A DNA stretch of 64,000 bases from Candidatus Woesebacteria bacterium GW2011_GWC1_42_9 (GTDB lineage Bacteria > Patescibacteriota > Microgenomatia > UBA8517), in the NCBI GenBank assembly GCA_000995185.1, contig LCET01000004.1, positions 2,630-66,629 of the forward strand. Direction: 5' to 3'. Below, piece by piece: positions 38,653-48,474 of this stretch; within the stretch, counting starts at the first letter, position 1; each line of letters begins with the position of its first letter. The position numbers were made by a program, and so were the translations under genes. The notes under the pieces are model-generated. The model ran no database searches, was not told where the DNA came from, and saw only the letters and a program-made list of their open reading frames with translations.

Positions 38653-38998
38653 AAAAGCCTCCGGAGGGCGATCCGGTCCCTAAAGTACAACCAATTTGAT
38701 CCCCTTGACCATCTGTAACAGGGCTACAAGCTGTATTTAGCCAAGCACTCCATGTGCACTGGCCAAAATTCCAATAACAAGATGCATTATGAGTACTTGG
38801 GGTACCTGGACTACAAGATGCGATGTTCTTACGTTTAATCGGGTTATAAGTGTAATTACAGGTATATTGTGTATAGAAATATGTAGTTGAGCCGCAATAG
38901 GCTTGAGCCTTGACAGTTTTATAAGAGGAGAAAAAGGCTGCGGAAGCAAGCAGTAGGGCTCCTGAAATAAGAATGAATTTGGATAATTTCATTATCAT
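38528..38998 (-). CDS. Secreted Cys-rich protein with (TP)n linker (N-terminal part)
   Basis: Signal peptide MIMKLSKFILISGALLLASAAFF; 12 Cys; APTPTPTPTPSP. Confidence 0.5.
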   Translation of the reverse strand: MIMKLSKFILISGALLLASAAFFSSYKTVKAQAYCGSTTYFYTQYTCNYTYNPIKRKNIASCSPGTPSTHNASCYWNFGQCTWSAWLNTACSPVTDGQGDQIGCTLGTGSPSGGFCAAAPTPTPTPTPSPALCGADGRSNDFPLCSLQEKNRVLPQ

Positions 38999-39585
38999 GG
39001 CACTGGGATTGCAATGCTTGTGACCGGACTTACAGTTATCTTTTGGGTTGTTTGAGCTTCACTAATTAGGGATTTAGCAGTAGATTCGTCCATATCGACA
39101 AAGATAATTACTTGGGTGCCGGGCTTTGTGTATTTGGCTATTTCCTCAAAACTCTCAATCCTCCACTCCTGGGTGGGACCGAACTGCCCCCCCCTTAATT
39201 TGAGTGTAAGGAGAGTGCCCGTGGCGGGTTCGTCATTTATTTTCCCTTCTACGGTTGCATTTTGATTATTTTCCATCGGAACAGAGAGAGTGATATTTCC
39301 TCCGGAAGCCAGAGAATCATCAACAACAACTCCGGAGATAACAAGCTTCATTACCGGGTCCCACTCCATTCCCATTTTGTATGCCGCTGGCGTAGAGCTC
39401 TTTAGCGCGGGATTTGGTGCTTGATAAATGGGGACTTTTGCTTTTTGAGACGTATCTATGGCCGTTGAGGCAGGAGTGCTATTTGAGCCGGCCGGCGTAC
39501 CCTGAAAAGTAAAGTACTGGTAAAGTAGAAATCCGGCGGCACCAAGAGTAAGAATAAAAACAATTGCAAGCAGGACTTTCTTCAC
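38995..39585 (-). CDS. Secreted/membrane-anchored hypothetical protein
   Basis: MKKVLLAIVFILTLGAAGFLL... signal/TM. Confidence 0.5.
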   Translation of the reverse strand: MKKVLLAIVFILTLGAAGFLLYQYFTFQGTPAGSNSTPASTAIDTSQKAKVPIYQAPNPALKSSTPAAYKMGMEWDPVMKLVISGVVVDDSLASGGNITLSVPMENNQNATVEGKINDEPATGTLLTLKLRGGQFGPTQEWRIESFEEIAKYTKPGTQVIIFVDMDESTAKSLISEAQTTQKITVSPVTSIAIPVP

Positions 39586-39669
39586 AACTTAAGTATATCT
39601 ATTTTACAACAGAGGAATCAAGGAAACATGGATAAGTTTGCATTAACTGATACTTTTTGATACACTAGT

Positions 39670-39698
39670 TTTGTGACATAGCTAGTCTATTTCACAAA
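39670..39698 (+). promoter_or_regulatory. Inverted repeat TTTGTGA-N15-TCACAAA (candidate operator) upstream of 39728 gene
   Basis: 7-bp perfect arms. Confidence 0.35.
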
Positions 39699-39727
39699 AA
39701 CGTACGTTTTTAGTAAGGAGAGCCATC

Positions 39728-39934
39728 ATGGCCGACAAGGATCCTGGCAAGATTGCCAAGACCAACCTCGCCCGGGATGGACGTCCTGATCACACGACCT
39801 ATTCTTACGGCGGTATTCGTCGAAGCTACGACTCCGATAAGGGAGAAAATCGTCGCAACGAACACTACGCCGAGAATGGTCCTGCGAAGGATGCGAATCC
39901 GGTCGAGCCGTCTGCGCCAACTAAAGGTAATTAA
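39728..39934 (+). CDS. Small hydrophilic protein (68 aa), AAGGAGAG RBS
   Basis: ORF with strong RBS; GC-rich relative to surroundings. Confidence 0.5.
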   Translation: MADKDPGKIAKTNLARDGRPDHTTYSYGGIRRSYDSDKGENRRNEHYAENGPAKDANPVEPSAPTKGN

Positions 39935-40007
39935 AACCAATTGAGTTGACTCAGATGGAGCAATTTGCACGGAGAGTGGGCGGATTTCGAATCATAAACC
40001 ACTCTCT

Positions 40008-40379
40008 GTGTATAATATATTTATGAAAAGCAAGGGATCAGATATGCACTCTTATCGAAAGCAGTTAACTTCGTATTTGAAAAGAATAAAATCTAGCTCT
40101 TCTTTAAAAAATCTTTCGGAAAATGATGTCAAAGAGGTATTTCTCTTAATTAGAAAGGATTTTATTTCCTACAAATTAGACTTAGAAGAATTTGCGCATT
40201 TATGCGATCATTTATGGTCTGAAATTCCAGATAAAGATATGGGGACTCCTTTTGGCTCAATGCTTTTGAGTACAGCGGAATTATCATATTACATTCGTAA
40301 AGCAAATAATGACGAAACAGCAGATATCGTTTCCAGTACTCTAAAGGAAGCCTTAACCTATAAGACGAAAATTGGATAG
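40008..40379 (+). CDS. Hypothetical protein (123 aa), AT-rich
   Basis: ORF only. Confidence 0.4.
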   Translation: MYNIFMKSKGSDMHSYRKQLTSYLKRIKSSSSLKNLSENDVKEVFLLIRKDFISYKLDLEEFAHLCDHLWSEIPDKDMGTPFGSMLLSTAELSYYIRKANNDETADIVSSTLKEALTYKTKIG

Positions 40380-40561
40380 ATAGGCCGTGTTTCAATCTTC
40401 ATGATTTATATCTTGGTGGCTTATTTCCTTTGTCAAGATCGTTCACCACTTCACTAATCAAGTATATTATTGAGGAAGTTCTAGGGTCAATCCTCTACAA
40501 AAAAGTTATGATAAAATATAGTCCAGCTAAATTGGAATGGAATATATTCCCAAAATTATCT

Positions 40562-40768
40562 TTAAACTAGATCTTGATGAAGAGGTGCAAATGCTTTATT
40601 CATGATTTTAACCTCGGGTTGCCAGCCTGCATAAAAACAGTAAGAACAACGAAGGTTACATCCTGCTGACACAACTTTTATGACAGGACTGAAGCGAGAA
40701 TATATCCAGCTAGACATGAGCTTGCCTCTCCTTTTATTTAAACGTGCGTATGTCGAGAATTTTACCAT
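40562..40768 (-). pseudogene. N-terminal fragment of a radical SAM (SPASM/maturase-like) protein
   Basis: VVSAGCNLRCSYCFY (CxxxCxxC) then premature stop after 68 aa. Confidence 0.5.
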
Positions 40769-40802
40769 ATATACGATTTTTTAGCATGAAGGGATTGTTT
40801 TT

Positions 40803-41006
40803 TTACCGAGGTTCACGGCGTGGTAATTGGTGTGACATTGACACATAAGGACTTTTGCGAAGCCCAAATATGTCAGTTTCATGGAGGACAATGTTAGCGA
40901 CAAAGCCACTTGCCGAAGCAAAATGGAAATACCACCATTCAAAGTATCCCGTCGCCTCGCTAAAATGCGACCCATTAACAAGGTTGTGCATACAGACTCC
41001 TTTCAA
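40803..41006 (-). pseudogene. Short fragment with CrtC/hydroxyneurosporene-synthase-like EWWYF motif
   Basis: GYFEWWYFHFASASG; only 67 aa. Confidence 0.3.
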
Positions 41007-41074
41007 TGTGCGATTTGTATACTTTTGGTATACTAAACCCAGTATTGTAAAGTAAAATACTATAAGTAGCTACT

Positions 41075-41479
41075 ATGGTCATAGATAAGGTATTAATTAT
41101 TGCAAGTGCAATTATAAAAAACGGTGAGCAGAAAATACTACTCCTCAAGCGCGGCAAGACAAAAACCTTCCAGGGGAACTGGCAACTTCCAGAAGGGAAA
41201 CTAGAAGTAGGTGAAAAACCCCAAGATGCACTTAGACGAGAGTTAAAAGAAGAACTAGGGGCTGGGGTTGATACTTTAACGCTTGAAAATGTCAGCCAAT
41301 CCACTCTCGAAGCAAAGGGGACAAAGTATCTAGCATTCAGAATAATTTTTAAAGTTAAATTAAAGGAAAACAAAATTACATTGAGTAGTGAACACTCAGA
41401 TTATAGATGGGTCAATACAACAGATATACCTTCTATGGTGCTTCTTCCAGGAACAATGGAAGCCATATCTGGCAACTAA
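41075..41479 (+). CDS. NUDIX hydrolase
   Basis: Nudix box GKLEVGEKPQDALRRELKEELG. Confidence 0.8.
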   Translation: MVIDKVLIIASAIIKNGEQKILLLKRGKTKTFQGNWQLPEGKLEVGEKPQDALRRELKEELGAGVDTLTLENVSQSTLEAKGTKYLAFRIIFKVKLKENKITLSSEHSDYRWVNTTDIPSMVLLPGTMEAISGN

Positions 41480-41543
41480 GCAGATGGCTCTGTGTTAAAA
41501 ATAGTTCATTTCTACCCTTGTGAGGATTTTTAGTAAAGCAAAT

Positions 41544-43028
41544 TTAGTTCTGGGGGTAGGAGGGGGCGACCATCCACTCGGGGAAAGATAGCTCCCCGAT
41601 AGAAGTCAAAAGAATCATTCCGTTTTCGTCTCTGATAATCCCTTCTTCTTGCCCCGTTCTGAGGTATCTAAACACGGCGGAAGCTCTTGAGTAGGACGCC
41701 TCCTCATACAAGATACTGGAGCAAAAAACATCTTGCAGGCACTGCTCTTCATTCATGCCGTACTGTTCTTGAAAAATGTCTAATAATTCTTGCCTGGATG
41801 GGTAGTCATTCATGTCAAAGAAAACTTGGGTTCCAGGAAGCACACTTTCAAATTTTGAAAACATCTCTGGTACGGGAATACTAATGGAACTTCCTCCACT
41901 ACCATGGCCAATCATTGCTTCTGCGGGTATATCTATCCTGATGCGCTCGGTTCCCTGGTTGTTATATGTGGGTACTACCACGATCACGCTATAATAAGGC
42001 AAGCTTTCTCCGAGGATCTCCACGTATCTTATTTCATTATCAACATAAATGGCGGCATTGTCACCAAACATGATAGCATCCCCTACTGTTGACTCAATTC
42101 CAGGGCCTAATGGTAGATAACTCCCTGATATCTGGTAAGTTATTAATGGTATATTATCGACAACGGCGCTCCCTCTACCAATTGAAAGGGTGTAATCTTC
42201 GGCTGGATTGCCTGTACCTCTCCCTGTGGGAACTAGCTGAATATTGTCCCCCGCTTGCCGCTCATATGCTTCCAAAAACTCCCTCATGGGCAAATTCATA
42301 ATTTCTGCTCCTCCCCCTCCGGTCCTCTTCCCCAAAAGCTCACCTGTCCCTTGGGAAGGGTCTTCATTTTCATGGTTTGGGATGGTTATGGTGAGGATCT
42401 CACCGGTGCTTCGGTCAAGAATGTAAATGTTGCCGTCCCACTCTGCTTGGTCTGATTGATACCAAAGGACTGGTGAAATTCGCCCGGTCACTGCATTGTA
42501 TGAGCTCCAGGTGATGTAATTTACACCACCCTGTTCGACGGGGAAATCAAGAAGTTGTTCCCACAAGCCGTCAGTCCCTTGAAAAAATGCTCTTTCCCGG
42601 CCGTCCTCCTCATCGGTATAATAAACCAGGATATTTGAAGAATCACCACTGGTTAACCTAAGAATATTAACGTCCTCATTTGAATTTACCCTGAGCTCAA
42701 AGGGAGCAGTTCCGCCAAAGCTTCCATCTTCGTTAAAGAGGAGCATTGCGGTTGAGAAAGATATTTGGCTAATGATGTCTTCCCGCTCTGCCGGATCTGT
42801 TATCGCCGTGGGCTCAACCTCTGTCCGAGCTGATTCTGGGGTTTGGGGGATTTCAGTTGGGGTGGGGTCTACTTGCCCTGCCTGTTCAGTGAAGGTCACT
42901 CCAAGCTTGCGACGCTGTGCCTCCTCGGGTTGGTCGTGTTTTTCAACATGAACTTCAACTGGCTTAGGTGTTTTGTCTAAACTCTTGAGCGCTTCAGTGT
43001 CAAGGTTTTGCTGATCCATTTCTATCAT
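41544..43028 (-). CDS. Large hypothetical protein (494 aa), acidic
   Basis: ORF only. Confidence 0.5.
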   Translation of the reverse strand: MIEMDQQNLDTEALKSLDKTPKPVEVHVEKHDQPEEAQRRKLGVTFTEQAGQVDPTPTEIPQTPESARTEVEPTAITDPAEREDIISQISFSTAMLLFNEDGSFGGTAPFELRVNSNEDVNILRLTSGDSSNILVYYTDEEDGRERAFFQGTDGLWEQLLDFPVEQGGVNYITWSSYNAVTGRISPVLWYQSDQAEWDGNIYILDRSTGEILTITIPNHENEDPSQGTGELLGKRTGGGGAEIMNLPMREFLEAYERQAGDNIQLVPTGRGTGNPAEDYTLSIGRGSAVVDNIPLITYQISGSYLPLGPGIESTVGDAIMFGDNAAIYVDNEIRYVEILGESLPYYSVIVVVPTYNNQGTERIRIDIPAEAMIGHGSGGSSISIPVPEMFSKFESVLPGTQVFFDMNDYPSRQELLDIFQEQYGMNEEQCLQDVFCSSILYEEASYSRASAVFRYLRTGQEEGIIRDENGMILLTSIGELSFPEWMVAPSYPQN

Positions 43029-43365
43029 AATAGCATAAAAAAATAATTCCTCGAATTATATCCTATAGCCGGTACAAGTCAAGTTTTTTGGCCATAAAAA
43101 AACCCGCCTCAGCGGCGGGGGCAAAAAGCCTCTCTGCCTTTAGCAGCAAAGAGACCAGATATAGTAAGTGCAAGCCTCTCTTTCCTCATTTCCAGGTTTA
43201 TTCTATCATAGCTGTCAAACAGGCGGCAACCCTAGTGTCATCTGGCTTAGTTCACTCACCTACTAATCTAGTCATAATCTTTTCATTTAATGCCTAATTA
43301 ACCTCACAACATAAAGGAAAGACTCTCCTTGACATAAGGATAAGATTACGATAAGTTTAATCAAA

Positions 43366-44322
43366 ATGCCCACGGTTACTTATAATCTTTCAACTAAAAT
43401 AAAGCTCACCATCTCCGAGATTGAGCGTACTCGAGTTAAAATCCTTCTCTATCCCCTTCCGTTTGAAAAAGAGAACAAATTAAAATGGGAAGCCGATATC
43501 TCAAGAGCCTATTGGTCGCTGGTAATTACTGGAAATAAACTTAACCGCAAAAGAATTGCGTCTCTACTCAGTTCCCCGTTTTCCTACAAAACACAAAGCA
43601 CTGAAGAAAGGGACATCCTAAGATACCGGCAAGCCCTTGAATATATTTACTATAACTGGTACGGGTCAGACAAAAGCCTTAATTACAATGTCGTAGCCTA
43701 TTTATACAAAATTGCTTGCCAGCCAACCGACACGATAAAATTTGTCTCTACCCGAGCAAAGACGGATCTTATTAAGACTCTTGAGTACCTAAATCGATCA
43801 AACGAACATCCAATTATTCAAGCTGGGATCGCGCTTATGCAAATGAGGACCTTATCCCCATTCGAAAACTACAACGGCATCGTAAGCCGGCTTGTAAGTC
43901 AACTTTATCTATATAAGGGAGGTTATGATTTTAGAGGTCTTTTGATACTTGATGAATTCTGGCACAAAGACATGGATAACTACCGAAGGCTCGTTAACAC
44001 TGCCAGGCAGACTCAAAACCTGACAAATTGGCTCGAATACTACATTGAGGCGATCAATATCCAGCTAGTCAAGGCCCTTAATAACATGCGCTCATCTAGA
44101 TCACACGAATGGATAGATAATCACTTTTGGTCCCTTAATGAAAGACAAAAGGAAATCCTCTCTATGCTCAAAGATCCCACAGCCACCCTCACAAATCGCC
44201 GTGTCCAAAGGATCTTTAAAATTTCTCAGATCACCGCCAGCCGCGACCTATCGAAGCTTGCTAAGCTAAGACTACTTCTGAGCCACAGTAAGGGCAGGAG
44301 TACTTTTTATACAAAAGTGTAA
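43366..44322 (+). CDS. Fic-family paralog with degenerate catalytic motif and C-terminal HTH
   Basis: LSPFENYNGIVSR in place of HPFxxGNGRxxR; C-terminal ITASRDLSKLAKLRLL. Confidence 0.55.
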   Translation: MPTVTYNLSTKIKLTISEIERTRVKILLYPLPFEKENKLKWEADISRAYWSLVITGNKLNRKRIASLLSSPFSYKTQSTEERDILRYRQALEYIYYNWYGSDKSLNYNVVAYLYKIACQPTDTIKFVSTRAKTDLIKTLEYLNRSNEHPIIQAGIALMQMRTLSPFENYNGIVSRLVSQLYLYKGGYDFRGLLILDEFWHKDMDNYRRLVNTARQTQNLTNWLEYYIEAINIQLVKALNNMRSSRSHEWIDNHFWSLNERQKEILSMLKDPTATLTNRRVQRIFKISQITASRDLSKLAKLRLLLSHSKGRSTFYTKV

Positions 44323-44567
44323 CAATTCCGCTTGCGAGGTGTCGGTCTACTTGTATGGTTTCTCCTTTCAAGGAGAGTCAAAGGAATAAAATTTGTGAAA
44401 GTTAACCTTTTATGGCAATACGTATATAGTTTTTGGGTCATTTTAGGCTTCCTATTATTGATTATCATAAAATTATTAATTTATGAGGCTATAATCTGAG
44501 GACCTTTTGTGTACAAAAAAATTGATTATTAATATTATATTTATAATTTCGATACCTGTAGTTTTTC

Positions 44568-45758
44568 GTGTCATTTTCAGACTTACCTTTAGGCGTGGGT
44601 AAAATAGTACTTGAAGGGTGTCTCCTTTCAAGATACTATGAAATTAGTATGACTGCCAAAAACCTGTCTAGGAGTGTTGTGGGTGGAGCGTATTATTACA
44701 TTCACAATGAGGGGATTGAAAATAAGAACATCTTCAGTGATGAAGAAGACTGCAAAGTCTTCCGAGGGTTTCTTGAGGATTACCTCAGCCCTCAAGAACA
44801 TCCTGAAAAAACAAAAAAGGTCTTTACTGTGCAAGGGCGCTCCTACCGAGGCATCCCCCACCAGCCAAAAAATTACTACGACAAAATCGAATTGACAGCA
44901 TACGGTCTAGCGCCGAACCGTTTCAATTTGCTTCTTCATCACAAAACTGACTCCCCTGAAAGGTTTATAAGATCTTTGTGTACCAGATACTCAATGTACT
45001 TTAATAAAAAATATCATCGCACCGGCTCCCTATTTGATGGACCCTATAAATCAATCACTATAGAGGATAATCTTCGACTCCTGCATTTAACCCGCTATAT
45101 TCATCTACTCTCCACCGACAATTCTTCTTATGAAGAATTCGTTGGCAAAAGGACCACTTCATGGATCAAGCCAAAAATCATCCTGTCTATGTTTGACAAA
45201 CTAAAAACTGATCTTACTGGCGAAGTAAAGAGCTATAGAGACTTCGTAGAGAAATATACCCCAAGCCAAAATGAAAGTACACTACTTGAAGGGATTGTCC
45301 TTGAAAGGAGAAACCATGCAAGGAACATTTCAAAAGACCTTGAAAGCAATGCTATTAAGACATCTTTTGATACCAAAAATCCTAGTAATATAACGCCTAC
45401 TAAATTGGAAGTTTTTACAATTGTCGGAGTATTCCTGCTACTTCTCGCCTTTGGTGTAAGAAATGTAATCATGGCTTCCACTGACAAAATAGAAAGTCCC
45501 GAGCCTTCTCCAACCCCTTTAATGATAGAAACGGTAGAAGTAGAACCAAAAACAATGCTGGAAATAAGGATTACTGACGGAGCAACGAGTGTAAATATCC
45601 GCCAAGAGCCAACAGTCCAATCAAATAAAATCGGCGAAGCCCTAGAAGCTGATACATTTGAATTTACTTCCGCAGACTCGGGATGGTATGAGATCAAATT
45701 GGCCGATGGATCAGCGGGATATATCTCAGAAAGATATATTGAAGAAATAAACAACTAA
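44568..45758 (+). CDS. Hypothetical protein with TM helix and C-terminal bacterial SH3-like domain (start uncertain)
   Basis: C-term VNIRQEPTVQSNKIGEALEADTFEFTSADSGWYEIKLADGSAGYI. Confidence 0.45.
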   Translation: MSFSDLPLGVGKIVLEGCLLSRYYEISMTAKNLSRSVVGGAYYYIHNEGIENKNIFSDEEDCKVFRGFLEDYLSPQEHPEKTKKVFTVQGRSYRGIPHQPKNYYDKIELTAYGLAPNRFNLLLHHKTDSPERFIRSLCTRYSMYFNKKYHRTGSLFDGPYKSITIEDNLRLLHLTRYIHLLSTDNSSYEEFVGKRTTSWIKPKIILSMFDKLKTDLTGEVKSYRDFVEKYTPSQNESTLLEGIVLERRNHARNISKDLESNAIKTSFDTKNPSNITPTKLEVFTIVGVFLLLLAFGVRNVIMASTDKIESPEPSPTPLMIETVEVEPKTMLEIRITDGATSVNIRQEPTVQSNKIGEALEADTFEFTSADSGWYEIKLADGSAGYISERYIEEINN

Positions 45759-46340
45759 ATGCGTAAAATCTTAACTTACTACATTTTTATGATCGCAAGC
45801 CTGGTTGTAATTGCGATGTTTGTGACTGCCACAACCTACGCTCAGCTAGCTATCGGCATTCTTCTTTTCCCACTATTAGTCTATTATTACTTTAAAGTTT
45901 TACCACGCAAGACCGCGATCCAGCCAGCTGTCGTGGAATTACCTAGAAAAGTTGACGAAGACATCCTTGATATCGACAAACGGGCGTTTTTGAAGCTCGT
46001 TGGCGCCGCAGGACTCTCTCTTTTCCTCTCCTCAATTTTCATTAAAAAAGCCGAGGCGGCGTTTTTCGGAAGTGATCCAGGGCAAGTCTCTCTCCAAGAC
46101 GCTTCTGGCAATAAAATCAATCCAGCTGAGCGCCAGCCCACGGATGGATACAGAATTTCTGAGATCGATGATTCTGTGGTGGCATATTACGGGTTTACAA
46201 ATAAGGACGGCGCCTGGTTTATTATGAAAGAAGACACTGAAGCGGGGTCCTTCCGCTATGCAAAAGGAGATTCAAACCTTGCCAGTGTCTGGGATAAGCG
46301 TAAAAATCTTAAGTACGATTACTATAACAATGTTTTCTAG
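45759..46340 (+). CDS. Membrane/secreted hypothetical protein
   Basis: Two N-terminal TM helices, KRAFLKLVGAAGLSLF signal-like segment. Confidence 0.45.
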   Translation: MRKILTYYIFMIASLVVIAMFVTATTYAQLAIGILLFPLLVYYYFKVLPRKTAIQPAVVELPRKVDEDILDIDKRAFLKLVGAAGLSLFLSSIFIKKAEAAFFGSDPGQVSLQDASGNKINPAERQPTDGYRISEIDDSVVAYYGFTNKDGAWFIMKEDTEAGSFRYAKGDSNLASVWDKRKNLKYDYYNNVF

Positions 46341-46357
46341 AACATTGATGTGCTATT

Positions 46358-47008
46358 ATGGGGCGCATGAAAGGCGAATCGTTCTCCCCTAGCAAGTATT
46401 TTAGTTTAATTGCAAAATGTTCGCTTGATTTTATAGATTCCCCTAAATACGAAAAAGTAGTAGAAACACTATTAAAGTGTTATGAAAGAGGCGGGATAGT
46501 ATTTACAATGGGATGCGGAGGATCCGCCTCTACGGCGACCCACTTTGCTGCGGATTTAGCAAAGACAACTGCGGCTAACGACAAAATAGGCTTCAAGGCA
46601 ATCTCGCTTGTTGATAATATTCCTCTTGTCAGCGCTTGGACAAACGATAAGGGCTGGAACACTATATTTGCAGGCCAACTTGAGCAGTGGATCACAAAGA
46701 ACGATGTCTTGGTAGGGTTTTCGGTGCACGGAGGGACCAAGCGAGGTGACGAAGCAGGTCCTTGGTCCCAAAACTTAGTCTCCGCGATGGCGCTTGCAAA
46801 GAAAAGAAAGGCAAAAATCATCGGCTTTTCTGGCTTTGACGGTGGAGCGATGGAAGAGATGGCTGACGTTTCAATAATTGTTCCAACAAGCTCTGAGCTT
46901 TATGGCACTCCCATAGTTGAAGCTATGCATATAGTAATACACCACTCGATAATTTTTGATCTTAAAGATAGAATTAAAAGCACTAATGGCAAAAAGACAG
47001 CCGCTTAA
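46358..47008 (+). CDS. SIS-domain sugar-phosphate isomerase (GmhA-like sedoheptulose-7-P isomerase)
   Basis: GIVFTMGCGGSASTATHFAADL...; SIS fold. Confidence 0.65.
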   Translation: MGRMKGESFSPSKYFSLIAKCSLDFIDSPKYEKVVETLLKCYERGGIVFTMGCGGSASTATHFAADLAKTTAANDKIGFKAISLVDNIPLVSAWTNDKGWNTIFAGQLEQWITKNDVLVGFSVHGGTKRGDEAGPWSQNLVSAMALAKKRKAKIIGFSGFDGGAMEEMADVSIIVPTSSELYGTPIVEAMHIVIHHSIIFDLKDRIKSTNGKKTAA

Positions 47009-47786
47009 TACTTCCGGCATATTTTACGATTCAGCCGATCTAGCGGGCTTAAAAAAATGGTTTGATGCTGGCATCCTTGGAGGGGCAACAACTAACCCTC
47101 TCATCTTACAAAGAGAAGGGGTACTAAATATACCAAAGCATATCTTAAAGATGATTAATATAACAGGATCGGGGTTCCCAATATCTATCGAGATCCCAGA
47201 TTCCGATATGCCAGAGAAAGATATGATTAGCCTGGCCTTGAAATACCATAAAATGTATCCGAAAAATGCTGTGATCAAAATCCCCATGGACCCTAGAGAG
47301 CCCCATAAAGCCTTTGAGGTAATGTATAAACTCGGACAGAAAGGGGTAAGGCTAAACGCCACCCTTGGCCTTGGCATGGGGCAATTAGTCGGAGCCGCTG
47401 AGGCCCTCCGCTTAAGTAATGCCGTTGGCGATAATTACATAAGCTTGTTCTGGGGAAGGCGTGAAGAAGCGAGAGATCAGATAGTAAAAGATATGGTGAG
47501 AGATGGTATGAACCTAAATGATGCACTAGAGAAAGTCCCAGATGCGGCCGCATGTGTAGCTATGACCTTAAGATATCTTGAAAACCATAATCTCTCGACA
47601 CGTGTACTTGTAAGTAGCATTAGAAGCACTGATCAAATCGAAAAAGCCTTCGCCGTGGGGGCAGACATTGTCACTATCCCCCCTAATTTAATCAGTCAGT
47701 GGATGTTTAGCCAAAGAGGAATTGAGACTGTAGAAGAATTTAACGAAGCTTATCGCAGCGTAAAGAACAAAATTACCCTGATTTAA
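46986..47786 (+). CDS. Transaldolase/fructose-6-phosphate aldolase family
   Basis: FYDSADL...GATTNP motif; ATG 46986 chosen (track start 46956 overlaps upstream gene). Confidence 0.7.
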   Translation: MAKRQPLNTSGIFYDSADLAGLKKWFDAGILGGATTNPLILQREGVLNIPKHILKMINITGSGFPISIEIPDSDMPEKDMISLALKYHKMYPKNAVIKIPMDPREPHKAFEVMYKLGQKGVRLNATLGLGMGQLVGAAEALRLSNAVGDNYISLFWGRREEARDQIVKDMVRDGMNLNDALEKVPDAAACVAMTLRYLENHNLSTRVLVSSIRSTDQIEKAFAVGADIVTIPPNLISQWMFSQRGIETVEEFNEAYRSVKNKITLI

Positions 47787-47790
47787 GTAT

Positions 47791-48474
47791 TTATTTCTTC
47801 AGATCAACTTTATCCCACCCAGAATAGATTTCCTGGGCGCCGGCGTCTTTTAGTTTTTTGATAACCTCTTGTGTGTAATAAACAGGCATGCCAATAACAT
47901 GAGCTCCAGCGGCGCGGCCTGCTTGGACACCCCGACCTGAATCTTCAAAAACGATTAAGTTTTTAGGAGCAACCCCTAGTCTCCTGGCGCATTCGAGATA
48001 GATATCTGGAGCGGGCTTAGTATGAACGACATCCTCTCCGGTAACAATCATCTTCTGAGGAAAAAATTCTTGCAGGCCAGCCCTTGCAACGTAATCGTAT
48101 GCCAACTTTTTTTTAATAGCGCTACCAATACTCATCGGAACTCCCTCTCTTTTGACTTCCCCGAGAAAATCAAAGATTCCCGCCCGCGTGGGGAGCTTTT
48201 TTTGTCCTTTAAGCCATTCGGCGAATAATTTATCTTTTAATTCATGTATTTCTTGAGGATTTAGCTTTTTATCACCCAATTCATAAAGGTCCTGAGCAAT
48301 AGCTTCATCAGGACCACCAAGGAAGTGGGGAATTTCCTGGATTGCCTCATCAATGGTCAGAGTCAACCCCACCGCCTCGGCACATTTCAAATGAGCGGCA
48401 TGATGACCGTTTCTCTCAAGGTCAACTACTGGACCTTCCAAATCAAAAGCAAGCCCACTTTTTATCTTTGGCAT
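47791..48474 (-). CDS. HAD-superfamily phosphatase/phosphomutase (beta-PGM-like, capped)
   Basis: LAFDLEGPVVDLE (motif I), VFEDSGRGVQAGRAAGAHVIGM (motif IV). Confidence 0.7.
   Translation of the reverse strand: MPKIKSGLAFDLEGPVVDLERNGHHAAHLKCAEAVGLTLTIDEAIQEIPHFLGGPDEAIAQDLYELGDKKLNPQEIHELKDKLFAEWLKGQKKLPTRAGIFDFLGEVKREGVPMSIGSAIKKKLAYDYVARAGLQEFFPQKMIVTGEDVVHTKPAPDIYLECARRLGVAPKNLIVFEDSGRGVQAGRAAGAHVIGMPVYYTQEVIKKLKDAGAQEIYSGWDKVDLKK

Noticed and set aside
39670-39698. TGTGA...TCACA palindrome as a CRP/FNR site
   Set aside because: The spacer between half-sites is 15 nt rather than 6, so it is reported only as a generic candidate operator.
45233-46821. Minus-strand ORFs 45233-45754, 45887-46141, 46480-46821 and 46556-46771
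   Set aside because: They are antisense to plus-strand genes with domain support (SH3b-containing protein, SIS isomerase).
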